Shown: in pieces, positions 9,711 through 19,000 of the stretch
Numbering within the stretch: the first letter of the stretch is position 1
How the letters are laid out: each line of letters begins with the position of its first letter
From: an uncultured delta proteobacterium
GTDB taxonomy: Bacteria; Desulfobacterota; RBG-13-43-22
Reading direction: 5' to 3'
Length of the DNA stretch: 64,000 nucleotides
Assembly: GCA_963843145.1 (NCBI GenBank)
Contig: CAWJJC010000028.1
Span: forward strand, 640,001-704,000
Notes under the pieces: generated by a model
The model's input: only the letters and a program-made list of their open reading frames with translations
Database searches by the model: none
Told to the model about the DNA's origin: nothing
Translations under genes and position numbers: made by a program

Positions 9711-12128
9711 ATGGGTTTTCAAATAAAAAAAGCCATGGTCATCGGTTCCGGTGTCATGGGCGGGGGAATCGCCGGCCATCTGGCCAATGCGGGGATCCCC
9801 GTTTACCTGGTGGATATCGTCCCCTTCAAGCTGACTCCCGCGGAGGAGGCCAAGGGGCTGACTTTGAAGAGCCCGGGCGTTCGCAACCGGATCGTCAAAC
9901 AGGGAATAGATTTTCTGAAAAAATCCAAACCGCCGGGGTTGTTCAGCCCCACCCGGATGGAGCTGATCACGGTCGGCAATATGGAAGATGATTTCGACTG
10001 GATCAAAGAGGCGGACTGGATCATCGAGGTGGTGGTGGAAAACCTCAAGATCAAGCACGAGGTGATGGCCAAAATCGAAGCGGCCCGCAAACCCGGCAGC
10101 ATCGTCTCCACCAATACCTCCGGTCTGCCCATTTATCAGATTGCCGAAGGGCGGTCGGACGAGTTCAAGGCCCATTTTTTGGGGACCCACTTCTTCAACC
10201 CGGCCCGGTATTTAAAGTTGTTGGAGATCATTCCCACGCCGGAAACCGACCCGAAGCTAACGGCCTTCATGATGCAATTCGGGGAACGCCGGTTAGGCAA
10301 GACCATGGTCCTGTGCAAGGATACCCCGAATTTCATCGCCAACCGGGTGGCCGGCATTACCGGGACTTCGGCCATCAACTACGTGTTGCAGAACGACCTG
10401 ACGGTGGAAGAGGTGGACGCCGTCACCGGTCCGCTGATCGGGCACCCCAAGACCGCCACCTTCCGACTCCAGGACCTGGTCGGACTGGACATCGCCAGCC
10501 ACGTGGCCAACAACCTCTATCCCGCCATCCCGGATGATCCTTTTCGGGAAGTCATCCAGGGGCCGGTCAAGGAACTGACCGGGAAAATGGTGGAAAAAGG
10601 CTGGTTGGGCAACAAGGCCAAACAAGGATTTTACAAAAAAATCAAAAGCCCGGAGGGGAAAAAGGACTATCTCATACTGGACCTCAAGACCCTGGAATAC
10701 CGACCTCAACAGAAACCGAATATTCCCTGGGTGAAACAGGCCAAAGGCATCGAATCCCTGCCGGAGCGGATAAAATTCATCAGCCAGCAGGATGACCGAG
10801 TGGCCAAGATGATCGCCTTCAACACCGCCCAGGCTTTATCCTATTGTGCCTGGCTGATCCCGGAAATTTCGGATGTCCTCTACTCGGTAGATGATGCCGT
10901 CCGGGCCGGTTTCTTCCATGAACTGGGACCCTTTGAGATCTGGGATATCCTGGGGGTCAAGGAAACCGTCGAGCGGATGGAAGCCGAGGGGTTTAAAGTC
11001 GCCGCTTGGGTCAAGGAGATGATCGCCGGCGGCGGCGAGACTTTTTATAAGAAGGACGGGGTTCGGAAGCTGTTTTGGGACCTGTCGAGCCGTTCCTATC
11101 AGCCCATCCCGGTGGACCCCAATTTTATTGTGCTCAAAGACCTGAAGGAAACCAAGGGCGTCCTGAAAAAGAACTTCAGCGCTTCCCTGATCGATCTGGG
11201 GGACGACGTCCTCTGCCTGGAGTTCCATTCCAAGATGAACGCCTTGGATCCGGATATTTTTGCTATGGGCACCCTGGCCCTGGAGGAGTTGGAAAAAGGC
11301 TATGCCGGCTTGGTGATCGGGAACCAGGGAGAAAATTTTTCCGTCGGGGCCAATGTGTTCAATGTGGTCATGGCCGCCGAAAACAAGATGTGGGGTGAAA
11401 TCGAGCAGGGCGTCAAATCCATGCAGGACCTGCTGGTTGGGTTTCGCTACTGCAACAAACCGGTGGTGGCGGCGCCCTTCGGCATGGCTTTGGGGGGCGG
11501 GGCCGAAGTGGCCATGGCCGCCGACCGGATCTGTGCCGCCGGCGAGTCGTATATGGGGCTGGTGGAAGTGGGCGTGGGGTTACTGCCGGCCGGGGGCGGC
11601 TGCCGGGAACTGCTCCGGCGAGTGGTCACACCGGCCATGAAACGGGCCGATTCCGATCCCCTGCCGTTCCTGGGTAAGGTGTTTGAAAACGTCGCCATGG
11701 CCAAGGTCAGCGCCAGCGCCCTGCAGGCCCAGGAAATGGGCTTCCTGACCGACTGCGACCGGATTATCATGAAAGGGGAGCATGTTTTGGCCGAGGCCAA
11801 GCGGGAAGTACTGGCCCTGGCCGCCGCCGGCTATGCCCCGCCGCCGCGGACCAAATCGATCTATGCCCTGGGTCAGCGGGGAGTCGCCGCCCTGACCATC
11901 ATGGTCCAGTCCATGCGCTGGGGGGATTTCATCTCCGAGTACGATATGTTTATCGCCAAAAAGATCGCCTATGTGCTCTCCGGCGGTGATTTAAGCGCTC
12001 CCCAGTGGGTGGACGAACAATATATCCTGGACCTGGAACGGGAGGCCTTCCTTTCCCTCCTGGGACAGGAAAAAACCATTGAACGGATCAAGCATCTGCT
12101 GATGACCGGCAAACCTTTACGGAATTAA
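9711..12128 (+). CDS. fadN: 3-hydroxyacyl-CoA dehydrogenase/enoyl-CoA hydratase fusion (FadN-like)
   Basis: GSGVMGGGIA, IIEVVVENL, STNTSGLP, GTHFFNP, KDTPNFIANR; C-terminal crotonase domain (ALGGGAE, GLVEVGVGLLPAGGG). Confidence 0.9.
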   Translation: MGFQIKKAMVIGSGVMGGGIAGHLANAGIPVYLVDIVPFKLTPAEEAKGLTLKSPGVRNRIVKQGIDFLKKSKPPGLFSPTRMELITVGNMEDDFDWIKEADWIIEVVVENLKIKHEVMAKIEAARKPGSIVSTNTSGLPIYQIAEGRSDEFKAHFLGTHFFNPARYLKLLEIIPTPETDPKLTAFMMQFGERRLGKTMVLCKDTPNFIANRVAGITGTSAINYVLQNDLTVEEVDAVTGPLIGHPKTATFRLQDLVGLDIASHVANNLYPAIPDDPFREVIQGPVKELTGKMVEKGWLGNKAKQGFYKKIKSPEGKKDYLILDLKTLEYRPQQKPNIPWVKQAKGIESLPERIKFISQQDDRVAKMIAFNTAQALSYCAWLIPEISDVLYSVDDAVRAGFFHELGPFEIWDILGVKETVERMEAEGFKVAAWVKEMIAGGGETFYKKDGVRKLFWDLSSRSYQPIPVDPNFIVLKDLKETKGVLKKNFSASLIDLGDDVLCLEFHSKMNALDPDIFAMGTLALEELEKGYAGLVIGNQGENFSVGANVFNVVMAAENKMWGEIEQGVKSMQDLLVGFRYCNKPVVAAPFGMALGGGAEVAMAADRICAAGESYMGLVEVGVGLLPAGGGCRELLRRVVTPAMKRADSDPLPFLGKVFENVAMAKVSASALQAQEMGFLTDCDRIIMKGEHVLAEAKREVLALAAAGYAPPPRTKSIYALGQRGVAALTIMVQSMRWGDFISEYDMFIAKKIAYVLSGGDLSAPQWVDEQYILDLEREAFLSLLGQEKTIERIKHLLMTGKPLRN

Positions 12129-12143
12129 CCAGGAGGAATTTCC

Positions 12144-13322
12144 ATGAAAGATATAGTGATTGTAGCAGCGGCCCGGACGGCCGTCGGCCGCGCCAAGAGA
12201 GGAATTTTAGTCAACGTCCGGCCTGACGATATGGCCGCGCTGGTGTTGAATGAAGTGATCCAGCGCGCTCCCGGGGTAAAAAAAGAAGATGTGGAAGACG
12301 TGGTCATCGGCTGTGCCTTCCCGGAAAATACCCAGGGGTTGAATATGGGTCGTCTGGCGGTGATGAAAGCCGGGTTTCCCTATACCACCTCGGGCCAGAC
12401 CGTAAACCGGTTTTGCTCTTCCGGACTCCAGGCTATCGCCATTGGCGCCCAGCAGATCATGGCCGGCATGTGCGAAATCGTTGCGGCCGGCGGGGCGGAG
12501 TCCATGAGTCAGGTTCCCATGACCGGCTTCTATTTTGCCCCCAATCCGGGTCTGGTGGAGGAATATCCGGAAGCCTACATCGGCATGGGCCTGACCGCCG
12601 AAGGCGTGGCTGAAAGGTACAATGTCACCCGTGAAGATCAGGATCGGTTCGGGCTGAAGAGCAACGAGAAGGCCCTGGCGGCCATCGCGGATGGAAAGTT
12701 TCGGGAAGAGATCGTTCCGCTGGAAGTCAAGACCGTGGCGGTCAATGAAGCCGGGAAGCGCGTGGAAAAAGTAAAGAAATTCGACGTGGATGAAGGCCCG
12801 CGGCAGACCACGATAGAGCAGATGGCTTCTCTGAAGCCGCCCTTTAAGAAAGGCGGATCGGTTACGGCCGGCAACTCCTCCCAGATGAGTGACGGCGCCG
12901 CCGCGGTGCTGCTGATGACCGCGGAGAAGGCCGCCGCCCTGCGGCTCAATCCGCTGGCCCGCTATGTGGGCTTTGCCGTAGCCGGGGTGCCGCCGGAAAT
13001 CATGGGGGTCGGTCCCATGTATGCCATCCCTCAGCTCATGAAGGTGACCGGGAGGAAACTAAAGGAAATCGACCTGTTTGAAATAAACGAGGCCTTCGCC
13101 TCTCAGGCGCTGGCCTCTGTCCGGGAACTGGGCATCGATCCGGAGAAGGTCAACGTCAACGGCGGAGCCATCGCCCTGGGCCATCCCCTGGGCTGCACCG
13201 GGGCCAAGTTGACCGTGCAGCTCATTCACGAAATGAAACGGCGCGGCTCCCGGTACGGCGTGGTCTCCATGTGCATCGGCGGCGGCATGGGTGCGGCCGG
13301 GATTTTTGAAAACCTAACCTGA
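12144..13322 (+). CDS. fadA: acetyl-CoA C-acyltransferase (thiolase)
   Basis: [33 protein letters not shown]. Confidence 0.93.
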   Translation: MKDIVIVAAARTAVGRAKRGILVNVRPDDMAALVLNEVIQRAPGVKKEDVEDVVIGCAFPENTQGLNMGRLAVMKAGFPYTTSGQTVNRFCSSGLQAIAIGAQQIMAGMCEIVAAGGAESMSQVPMTGFYFAPNPGLVEEYPEAYIGMGLTAEGVAERYNVTREDQDRFGLKSNEKALAAIADGKFREEIVPLEVKTVAVNEAGKRVEKVKKFDVDEGPRQTTIEQMASLKPPFKKGGSVTAGNSSQMSDGAAAVLLMTAEKAAALRLNPLARYVGFAVAGVPPEIMGVGPMYAIPQLMKVTGRKLKEIDLFEINEAFASQALASVRELGIDPEKVNVNGGAIALGHPLGCTGAKLTVQLIHEMKRRGSRYGVVSMCIGGGMGAAGIFENLT

Positions 13323-13356
13323 TCCAACTAATTCTAAATCCGATTTACCGTGTGTT

Positions 13357-13395
13357 TCCCCCCTCACCCGAAGTGTGAAAACGGGTGAGGGGGGA
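13357..13395. repeat. 14-bp perfect hairpin after the thiolase (terminator or ccctcaccc-family repeat)
   Basis: tcccccctcacccg / cgggtgagggggga. Confidence 0.6.
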
Positions 13396-13505
13396 CCCGT
13401 TCCAACCCAATCAGTGTTTCCTTGGTGAGCGTTCAACCCTGGCCGGAGAAAGCTATGGAAGTTGAAGCACTCCTCTCTACCCCTCAAAATCGAATTCAAT
13501 CCGTT

Positions 13506-13567
13506 CGGAATCCAGACCCCGGCTCAGATTCGAAGACCCTGGATGCCGGATCAAGTCCGGCATGACG
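13506..13567. repeat. CGTC-type palindromic repeat, copy 3 (left arm partial)
   Basis: cggaatccag...ctggatgccggatcaagtccggcatgacg. Confidence 0.8.
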
Positions 13568-13631
13568 AATGAAAACAAACGCCTAAAAGCGGTGTTCGAC
13601 TTTATTTACATTCCAAACCAAGGAGAAAAGC

Positions 13632-14855
13632 ATGTTTGATTTTTTATTGAGTGAAGAAGAAAGGGCTTTCCGGGATGAAGTCCGGGATTTTGTAAAAACC
13701 GTCCCCAGCCAACTCCTGCGAGATATGGATAACAGCAAAATAGAGACCGGTCGACCGTTCATCGAAATGGCGGCGGCCCGGAATCTTCTGGGGGCCCGTT
13801 TCCCGAAGGAGTACGGCGGCCGGGGGCTCAACTGGACGGCCGAAGTGGCGGCCGTGGAAGAGGTGGGGGTTTTAGGCAATTCCTTGTCCTGCGCTTACGT
13901 CATGCCCAGTATCGTGGGAGAGGCGGTCAACCTCTTTGGAACGGAAGAGCAGAAACGAAAGTACCTGGCGCCGACTCTGGCCGGGAAACTTTACAGCGCG
14001 GAGGCCTTGACCGAACCTCGGGGGGGATCCGATTTTTTCGGGGCCACCACCACGGCGGTTGAGGAAGGCGGTTGCTTCATACTCAATGGGGAAAAGAGGT
14101 TTGTGGTGGGCGCCCAGGATTCGGACTGGTTCCTGGTGTATGCCAAATCGGCCCCCCAGGCCCCGCCCCATAAATCGATCAGTTGTTTTATCGTGGAGCG
14201 GTCCTTCGGAGTGGAGGTTCAGAATATCTACCAATTGTTGGGAACCCGGGGCGGAGGGACCGGCCGCCTGGTTTTCAAGGATGTGCGGGTCCCCCGGGAA
14301 AATGTGGTGGGCGAATTGCACAATGCCTATGCCATTTTTAATCGCATGATGATTCCCGAACGGTTGTTGAGCGGGGCTGGTTGCGTCGGGGCCGGCCGGG
14401 CGGCCCTGGAGGTGGCGGCCCGGTATTCAACGCGGCGCAAGGCCTTCGGCCAGACCATTGATAAATTCCAGGCCGTCAATTTTATGCTGGCCGATTCCGT
14501 TGGCGCCCTGGACGCCGCCTGCTCCCTGGTCTATACGGCGGCCAGGTTGGTCGATTCCGGTGCGGACGGCCGACGTCTGGTTTCCGAGGCCAAGAAGGTG
14601 GGCACCGAAACGGCCTGGCAGGTGATCAACAACGCCATGCAAATCATGGGCGGAATCGGCTATACCACGGTCTATCCCATCGAGCGACTTTTGCGCGACT
14701 GCCGACTGGCCATGATCTGGACCGGGACCAACCAGGTAATGAACATGCTGGTCCAGCATGAATACTACAAGGAGCTCAAGCGCCGGGAAGGACTGGCCCG
14801 GGACATCGAGGGCGACGCCCAGACTCCGGATGAGGTGGAGAAACATTATGGATGA
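13632..14855 (+). CDS. acyl-CoA dehydrogenase
   Basis: EALTEPRGGSD, NGEKRF, RKAFGQ, QIMGGIGYT, IWTGTNQV. Confidence 0.92.
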   Translation: MFDFLLSEEERAFRDEVRDFVKTVPSQLLRDMDNSKIETGRPFIEMAAARNLLGARFPKEYGGRGLNWTAEVAAVEEVGVLGNSLSCAYVMPSIVGEAVNLFGTEEQKRKYLAPTLAGKLYSAEALTEPRGGSDFFGATTTAVEEGGCFILNGEKRFVVGAQDSDWFLVYAKSAPQAPPHKSISCFIVERSFGVEVQNIYQLLGTRGGGTGRLVFKDVRVPRENVVGELHNAYAIFNRMMIPERLLSGAGCVGAGRAALEVAARYSTRRKAFGQTIDKFQAVNFMLADSVGALDAACSLVYTAARLVDSGADGRRLVSEAKKVGTETAWQVINNAMQIMGGIGYTTVYPIERLLRDCRLAMIWTGTNQVMNMLVQHEYYKELKRREGLARDIEGDAQTPDEVEKHYG

Positions 14856-14891
14856 AAGTCTTTATGAAGATGGGATGATATCCAGCATCTC

Positions 14892-15016
14892 AAACTCGAA
14901 ACTCGAAATCCGAAACAAGCACTAAGGTCCAAAATTCAAATGATCAAAACATCCTCTATTCCTTGAATTGGGTCATTTGAATTTGTTTCGGATTTCGTGT
15001 TTCGGATTGCGAATTT
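14892..15016. repeat. tcgaaa/tttcgg heptamer inverted-repeat element
   Basis: aaactcgaaactcgaaatccgaaacaa...ttgtttcggatttcgtgtttcggattgcgaattt; arms closely match 43393-43522. Confidence 0.75.
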
Positions 15017-15078
15017 ACCCTGCCAGGAATCAATACTGTGCAATGGGTCGAATTAACCCAAAGAAGAAGGAGGAGTAA

Positions 15079-15948
15079 GTGGCTCTAAAGACTGTTATTA
15101 CCTGCGCCTTGACCGGCGTTTTGACCAACCCGGCCGTTCACCACGTCCCGGTGACACCGGAGGAAATGGCCGAGCAGACACAGCAGGCCTACGATGCCGG
15201 GGCCTCTACAGTCCATGTTCATTTCCGGAATCAGGGTCCGGGGCTGGGGCATCTGCCCACCTGGGATCTGGAAACGGTTGGCGCCATCCTGGAGGCCGTC
15301 AAGACCCGGGTCCCGGAAATCATTATCTGTATGAGCACGGGGGTAATGGGGCCGGACATATCCGCTCCGGCGGCCTGCCTGGAAAAATTCAAACCGGAGA
15401 TGGCCGCCTGTAACGCCGGATCGCTCAATTATTTGAAGTTAAAGAGCGACGGAACCTGGGCCTGGCCGCCGACCTTGTTCGACAATCCGGTGGACAAGGT
15501 GGAACGGTTTCTACAGGTGATGAAGACCAACGGTGTGGTCCCTGAGTTCGAATGTTTTGACAGCGGGATCGTGCGGAGCGTCGGGCTGTACCAGCGTAAC
15601 GGGATGTTCGCCGGGCCGGCCCATATCTCCCTGGTCATGGGGGTGGCCAGCGGGATGCCGGCCAAGTCGGAATGGCTTCCGTTGTTGATGGAAGAGATGC
15701 CCGCGGGCGCCCTTTGGCAGGTGATTGCCATCGGGCGTCAGGATGTCTGGCCGCTCCACCGTCGGTGCGTGGAACTGGGTGGAAACGTTCGAACCGGCCT
15801 GGAGGATACCTTCTATCTGCCCAACGGGGGAAAGGCCCCTCACAATGGCGCCTTAATCGAGGCTTTGGGTAAGGTGGTTCAGGAGGCGGGAGGGGAGATT
15901 GCCAGTCCGGCCGAGGCCCGGGAAATACTGGGGCTGCCTGAGCGGTGA
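15079..15948 (+). CDS. beta-keto acid cleavage enzyme (BKACE/Kce, DUF849 family)
   Basis: ITCALTG, PVTPEEMA, HVHFR, PEFECFD, GGNVRTGLED; GTG start with AGGAGG RBS. Confidence 0.9.
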   Translation: MALKTVITCALTGVLTNPAVHHVPVTPEEMAEQTQQAYDAGASTVHVHFRNQGPGLGHLPTWDLETVGAILEAVKTRVPEIIICMSTGVMGPDISAPAACLEKFKPEMAACNAGSLNYLKLKSDGTWAWPPTLFDNPVDKVERFLQVMKTNGVVPEFECFDSGIVRSVGLYQRNGMFAGPAHISLVMGVASGMPAKSEWLPLLMEEMPAGALWQVIAIGRQDVWPLHRRCVELGGNVRTGLEDTFYLPNGGKAPHNGALIEALGKVVQEAGGEIASPAEAREILGLPER

Positions 15949-16032
15949 GACTATCGGATTCTTACGTAGTGGAGGCTTCCCCCACCCCCCCAACCCCATA
16001 CGCGCTAACTTAAGAGGCGGGGGCTTCTATGT

Positions 16033-16060
16033 TGTCATTCCGGCGAAAGCCAGAATCCAG
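16033..16060. repeat. half of a CGTC/TGTC palindromic repeat directly upstream of the GIY-YIG remnant
   Basis: tgtcattccggcgaaagccagaatccag. Confidence 0.8.
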
Positions 16061-16070
16061 GGAGGCACTA

Positions 16071-16341
16071 CTGGATAAACACCCTGTGGTATACATTTTG
16101 GCAAGCCAAAGAAATGAGACCCTTTATGTTGGTGTGACTTCAGGCCTTGCTAATAAGGATCTGGGAACACAAAAACAACCTAGTCGAAGGGTTTACCAAA
16201 CGCTACGGAGTCCATCGACTGGTTTGGTATGAACTGCACGAGAGCATGGAATCCGCTATTAATCGGGAGAGGCAGATAAAAGAATTGAAACGAAAATGTA
16301 AACTGGTATTAATTGAAGGTATGAATCGAAATGAGGTATGA
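16071..16341 (+). pseudogene. small stand-alone GIY-YIG nuclease, decayed
   Basis: VYILASQRNETLYVGVTS (frameshift ~16146) LIRIWEHKNNLVEGFTKRYGVHRLVWYE..AINRERQIK; CTG in place of the start ATG; C-terminus appears truncated. Confidence 0.85.
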
Positions 16342-17171
16342 ATATGGAGAGCGTAAATAATCAGGAATTGGTCACCTACCATCGGGAGGGGCACTTGGGT
16401 TTTATCACCCTGAACCGTCCCGAGAAACGTAACGCCATGAACTGGGCCTTGTGGCTGGCGTTGGAGCAGGCCGTTCTACAAGCCGAAGCGGATAAGGAAG
16501 CCCGGGTGGTCATTGTGAAAGGGGAGGGGAAAACGTTTTGTGCGGGGCTGGATCTCGGACCGGAAAACGAACTCCTCCAGGCCATCGGGGCCACGCCCGG
16601 CGCCACTCAGAAACTGGATTTCTACCGGCTGGCCCGGAGGGGGCAGGATATCTTTACGAGGCTGGAACGCCTCCCCCAGCCGACGATCGCCCTCATTCAG
16701 GCCCACTGCCTGGGAGCCGGGCTGGAAATGGTCCTCTGCTGCGATATGCGTTTCTGCTCAGCCGAGACCCTGTTTGGCCTTCCCGAGCCGACGCTGGCCA
16801 TCATCACCGATGCCGGCGGCCTGCAGCGCCTGCCCCGGGTGGTGGGAAGAGGGCACGCCCGGGAGATCGCCTTCCGTGGCCACCGCTTTAATGCCGAGCG
16901 GGCCCGGGCCATCAACCTGGTCAATGACGTTTTCCCGGACCAAGAAAGTCTGGATTCTAAAGTAATGGAAATCGCCGCGGAAATCGCATCCAACCCTCCC
17001 CTGGCCGTCCAGGGGGCCAAGGAAGCCTTGCTCTTTAATGAAGAGGCCGATCTGCAGGAGTCGTTGGAATACACGGCCGCCCGCTCCAGCATGATCCTGC
17101 CCTCCGAAGACCTTTACGAAGCCATCGCGGCCTACATGGAAAAAAAGAAGGGGAAATACAAAGGGGCCTAA
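16338..17171 (+). CDS. enoyl-CoA hydratase/isomerase family protein (dienoyl-CoA isomerase-like)
   Basis: ITLNRPEKRNAM, FCAGLDL, CLGAGLE, DAGGLQRLP. Confidence 0.88.
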   Translation: MNMESVNNQELVTYHREGHLGFITLNRPEKRNAMNWALWLALEQAVLQAEADKEARVVIVKGEGKTFCAGLDLGPENELLQAIGATPGATQKLDFYRLARRGQDIFTRLERLPQPTIALIQAHCLGAGLEMVLCCDMRFCSAETLFGLPEPTLAIITDAGGLQRLPRVVGRGHAREIAFRGHRFNAERARAINLVNDVFPDQESLDSKVMEIAAEIASNPPLAVQGAKEALLFNEEADLQESLEYTAARSSMILPSEDLYEAIAAYMEKKKGKYKGA

Positions 17172-17181
17172 CCGGGAGACA

Positions 17182-17211
17182 GGCCAGCCCGGTGGCGGTA
17201 CCGGGCTGGCC
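17182..17211. terminator. hairpin between convergent genes
   Basis: ggccagcccggt-ggcggt-accgggctggcc, 12-bp stem. Confidence 0.6.
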
Positions 17212-17225
17212 CGGGTAAGGAATGA

Positions 17226-17645
17226 TTAAATGGATTTTTCCCAGCCCTGCCCGAAGTCGGCCAGCGGCCTTATCTCCAGCACCTCAAAGGTAACGGCCGC
17301 CTGGATCATCTTGGAGGCATTTTCTCCGGCTTTTTCGGCAATGGCTTTGCGGACCTGTTCCAGCTTGTTCCCTTCCAGGTCGATTTCGGTGGCTTTTAAA
17401 TAGAGGCGAACTCCTTTCCATTCCGGCAGGGTGTTGCCCGGCTCCATAATCATGTAGGCAGCCCAGGGGTTTTCCTTCAGGTTGGCCAGGGTCCGGTTAT
17501 TTCCCAAACCCATAAATACGGTCTTGGGATCGGTCATTCGAGGGGAGCCGAAATAGGCCACGTTGACTTTCCCATCCTTGCCGGCGGTGCTCAAGGTGCC
17601 GAGGCGGGGTTGCTTGTTGAAGTATTCCATCAGTTTTTCGTTCAT
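17226..17645 (-). CDS. pyridoxamine 5'-phosphate oxidase family FMN-binding protein
   Basis: LSTAGKDGKVNVA, RTLANLKENP, GVRLYL. Confidence 0.8.
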   Translation of the reverse strand: MNEKLMEYFNKQPRLGTLSTAGKDGKVNVAYFGSPRMTDPKTVFMGLGNNRTLANLKENPWAAYMIMEPGNTLPEWKGVRLYLKATEIDLEGNKLEQVRKAIAEKAGENASKMIQAAVTFEVLEIRPLADFGQGWEKSI

Positions 17646-17679
17646 GACTTCTCCTTTTTCGTATTAGTTAACCCCGGAA

Positions 17680-17838
17680 TCAAATCCGGGTGTGGAACAT
17701 CTGAGCCGGTTTTAATCCGGCCCGCTTGGCGGCTTCGGCCACGGCACGGATTTCGGCTGTGCCTCGGTCGGTCAGGGACCGATCGGGATCTTCCTTTTCC
17801 GCTTTGGCTTCACCGTGCTGGACGAGGTACAGTCTCAT
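17680..17838 (-). pseudogene. sixA: truncated phosphohistidine phosphatase SixA (52-aa N-terminal fragment)
   Basis: Manual translation MRLYLVQHGEAKAEKEDPDRSLTDRG...MFHTRI*; the reading frame ends inside a palindrome remnant. Confidence 0.8.
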
Positions 17839-18304
17839 TTTTAGGCCCTTCTGCAGAATTTATGGGCGCTGAATCGGTGCCTGCCAGACTCCGTTTCCAA
17901 TCCTGCAAGAGAGATAGGCGTGTACGAGTAGGGCGCCACCCCTCCGCTCCACTACTCTTTTGCCAGGTTTCGCTGCCAGGCAACAAGCATTCCCGGAGAC
18001 ATCAAGGTTCGCCGCCGCGTGGGGTTCCGTACTCGTACACTTACTCGTACACGCAAATCTTCCCTGCAATGACCTGAATATCTCAATTGCAGGGATAAAC
18101 TATTCCCCTTCTCAATCAATTTCCGCCACCTGCCTACATCAAAACATTCTGTTCGGGCTGCAGAGCCTCCCAAACTTGCCCAAAGATTCCGCGGATGAGC
18201 CCTTTTTTCTGCCTAGACGTTTTGTATGTATTATCTTAGATGAAAACAGACGATCTGTCAATGGAGGTCCTGTTTCGAGGAATTTCAAAGAGGAGAAGGG
18301 AGTC

Positions 18305-18916
18305 CTATCGGGCGATGTCTCGGCGGGCGATTACCTTAACTGAAAGCTCTTTCCCGGGTTCCTCTGAGAGAACGGTTAGCAAATTCCGGTAGGCTATTTC
18401 AAATCCGTCTCCATCCCGGATTCGGCATTCATCCGCCAGCTTGGATTCGTTGCACCGCAAGAAGTCCAACAGTTTCGATTCCTCGATCATAAATCCATTC
18501 TCCAAGATTCGTGGGCCGAAGTCCTTGAGCAGGATGTTGAAAAGTTTGACGACGATCGAACCTTTTTGAGCTCCTTGAAAATCGGGACCACCTTGGAAGG
18601 TAATCGAGTCGCGGAGAGTAGAATAGAACCCACCGCGCCGCATGGTGGCGCCTACCAACCCCGGCAAGGCCCCGGAAAGGGCCAGGGAGGCCCCATCCGT
18701 CAAAAGGGCCTTGGATGGATCATCCACCGCCTTACCGTTAAAAAAAATGGTCTGTATTTTTTCGTCGATAATTTCCGGATTCAGTCCCAAGTTCCGGACC
18801 AGAAAATCCTGGATGCTGCCTCCCAGCGGGGTTTCTATTTGCAGTCCCTGCTGAAGGAGAAAATGGAAGATCCTTAACTTCGAGGGAGCCACGTTAAAGA
18901 GGAAATCGGGTTTCAT
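18305..18916 (-). CDS. hypothetical protein with possible ThiS/MoaD-like segment
   Basis: 203 aa; IQTIFFNGKAVDD...LALSGALPGLVG; co-oriented downstream of the AOR gene. Confidence 0.65.
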   Translation of the reverse strand: MKPDFLFNVAPSKLRIFHFLLQQGLQIETPLGGSIQDFLVRNLGLNPEIIDEKIQTIFFNGKAVDDPSKALLTDGASLALSGALPGLVGATMRRGGFYSTLRDSITFQGGPDFQGAQKGSIVVKLFNILLKDFGPRILENGFMIEESKLLDFLRCNESKLADECRIRDGDGFEIAYRNLLTVLSEEPGKELSVKVIARRDIAR

Positions 18917-18950
18917 GGGCCTGGTTTCGGATTTTGTGTGTCGAATTAAA

Positions 18951-18971
18951 GGGGGGGCCGAAAGCCCCCCC
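18951..18971 (-). terminator. intrinsic terminator-like hairpin after AOR
   Basis: ggggggg-ccgaaag-ccccccc stem flanked by A/T runs. Confidence 0.6.
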
Positions 18972-19000
18972 GAAAAAAGGTTGTCAGAAAAGTGGACGGG

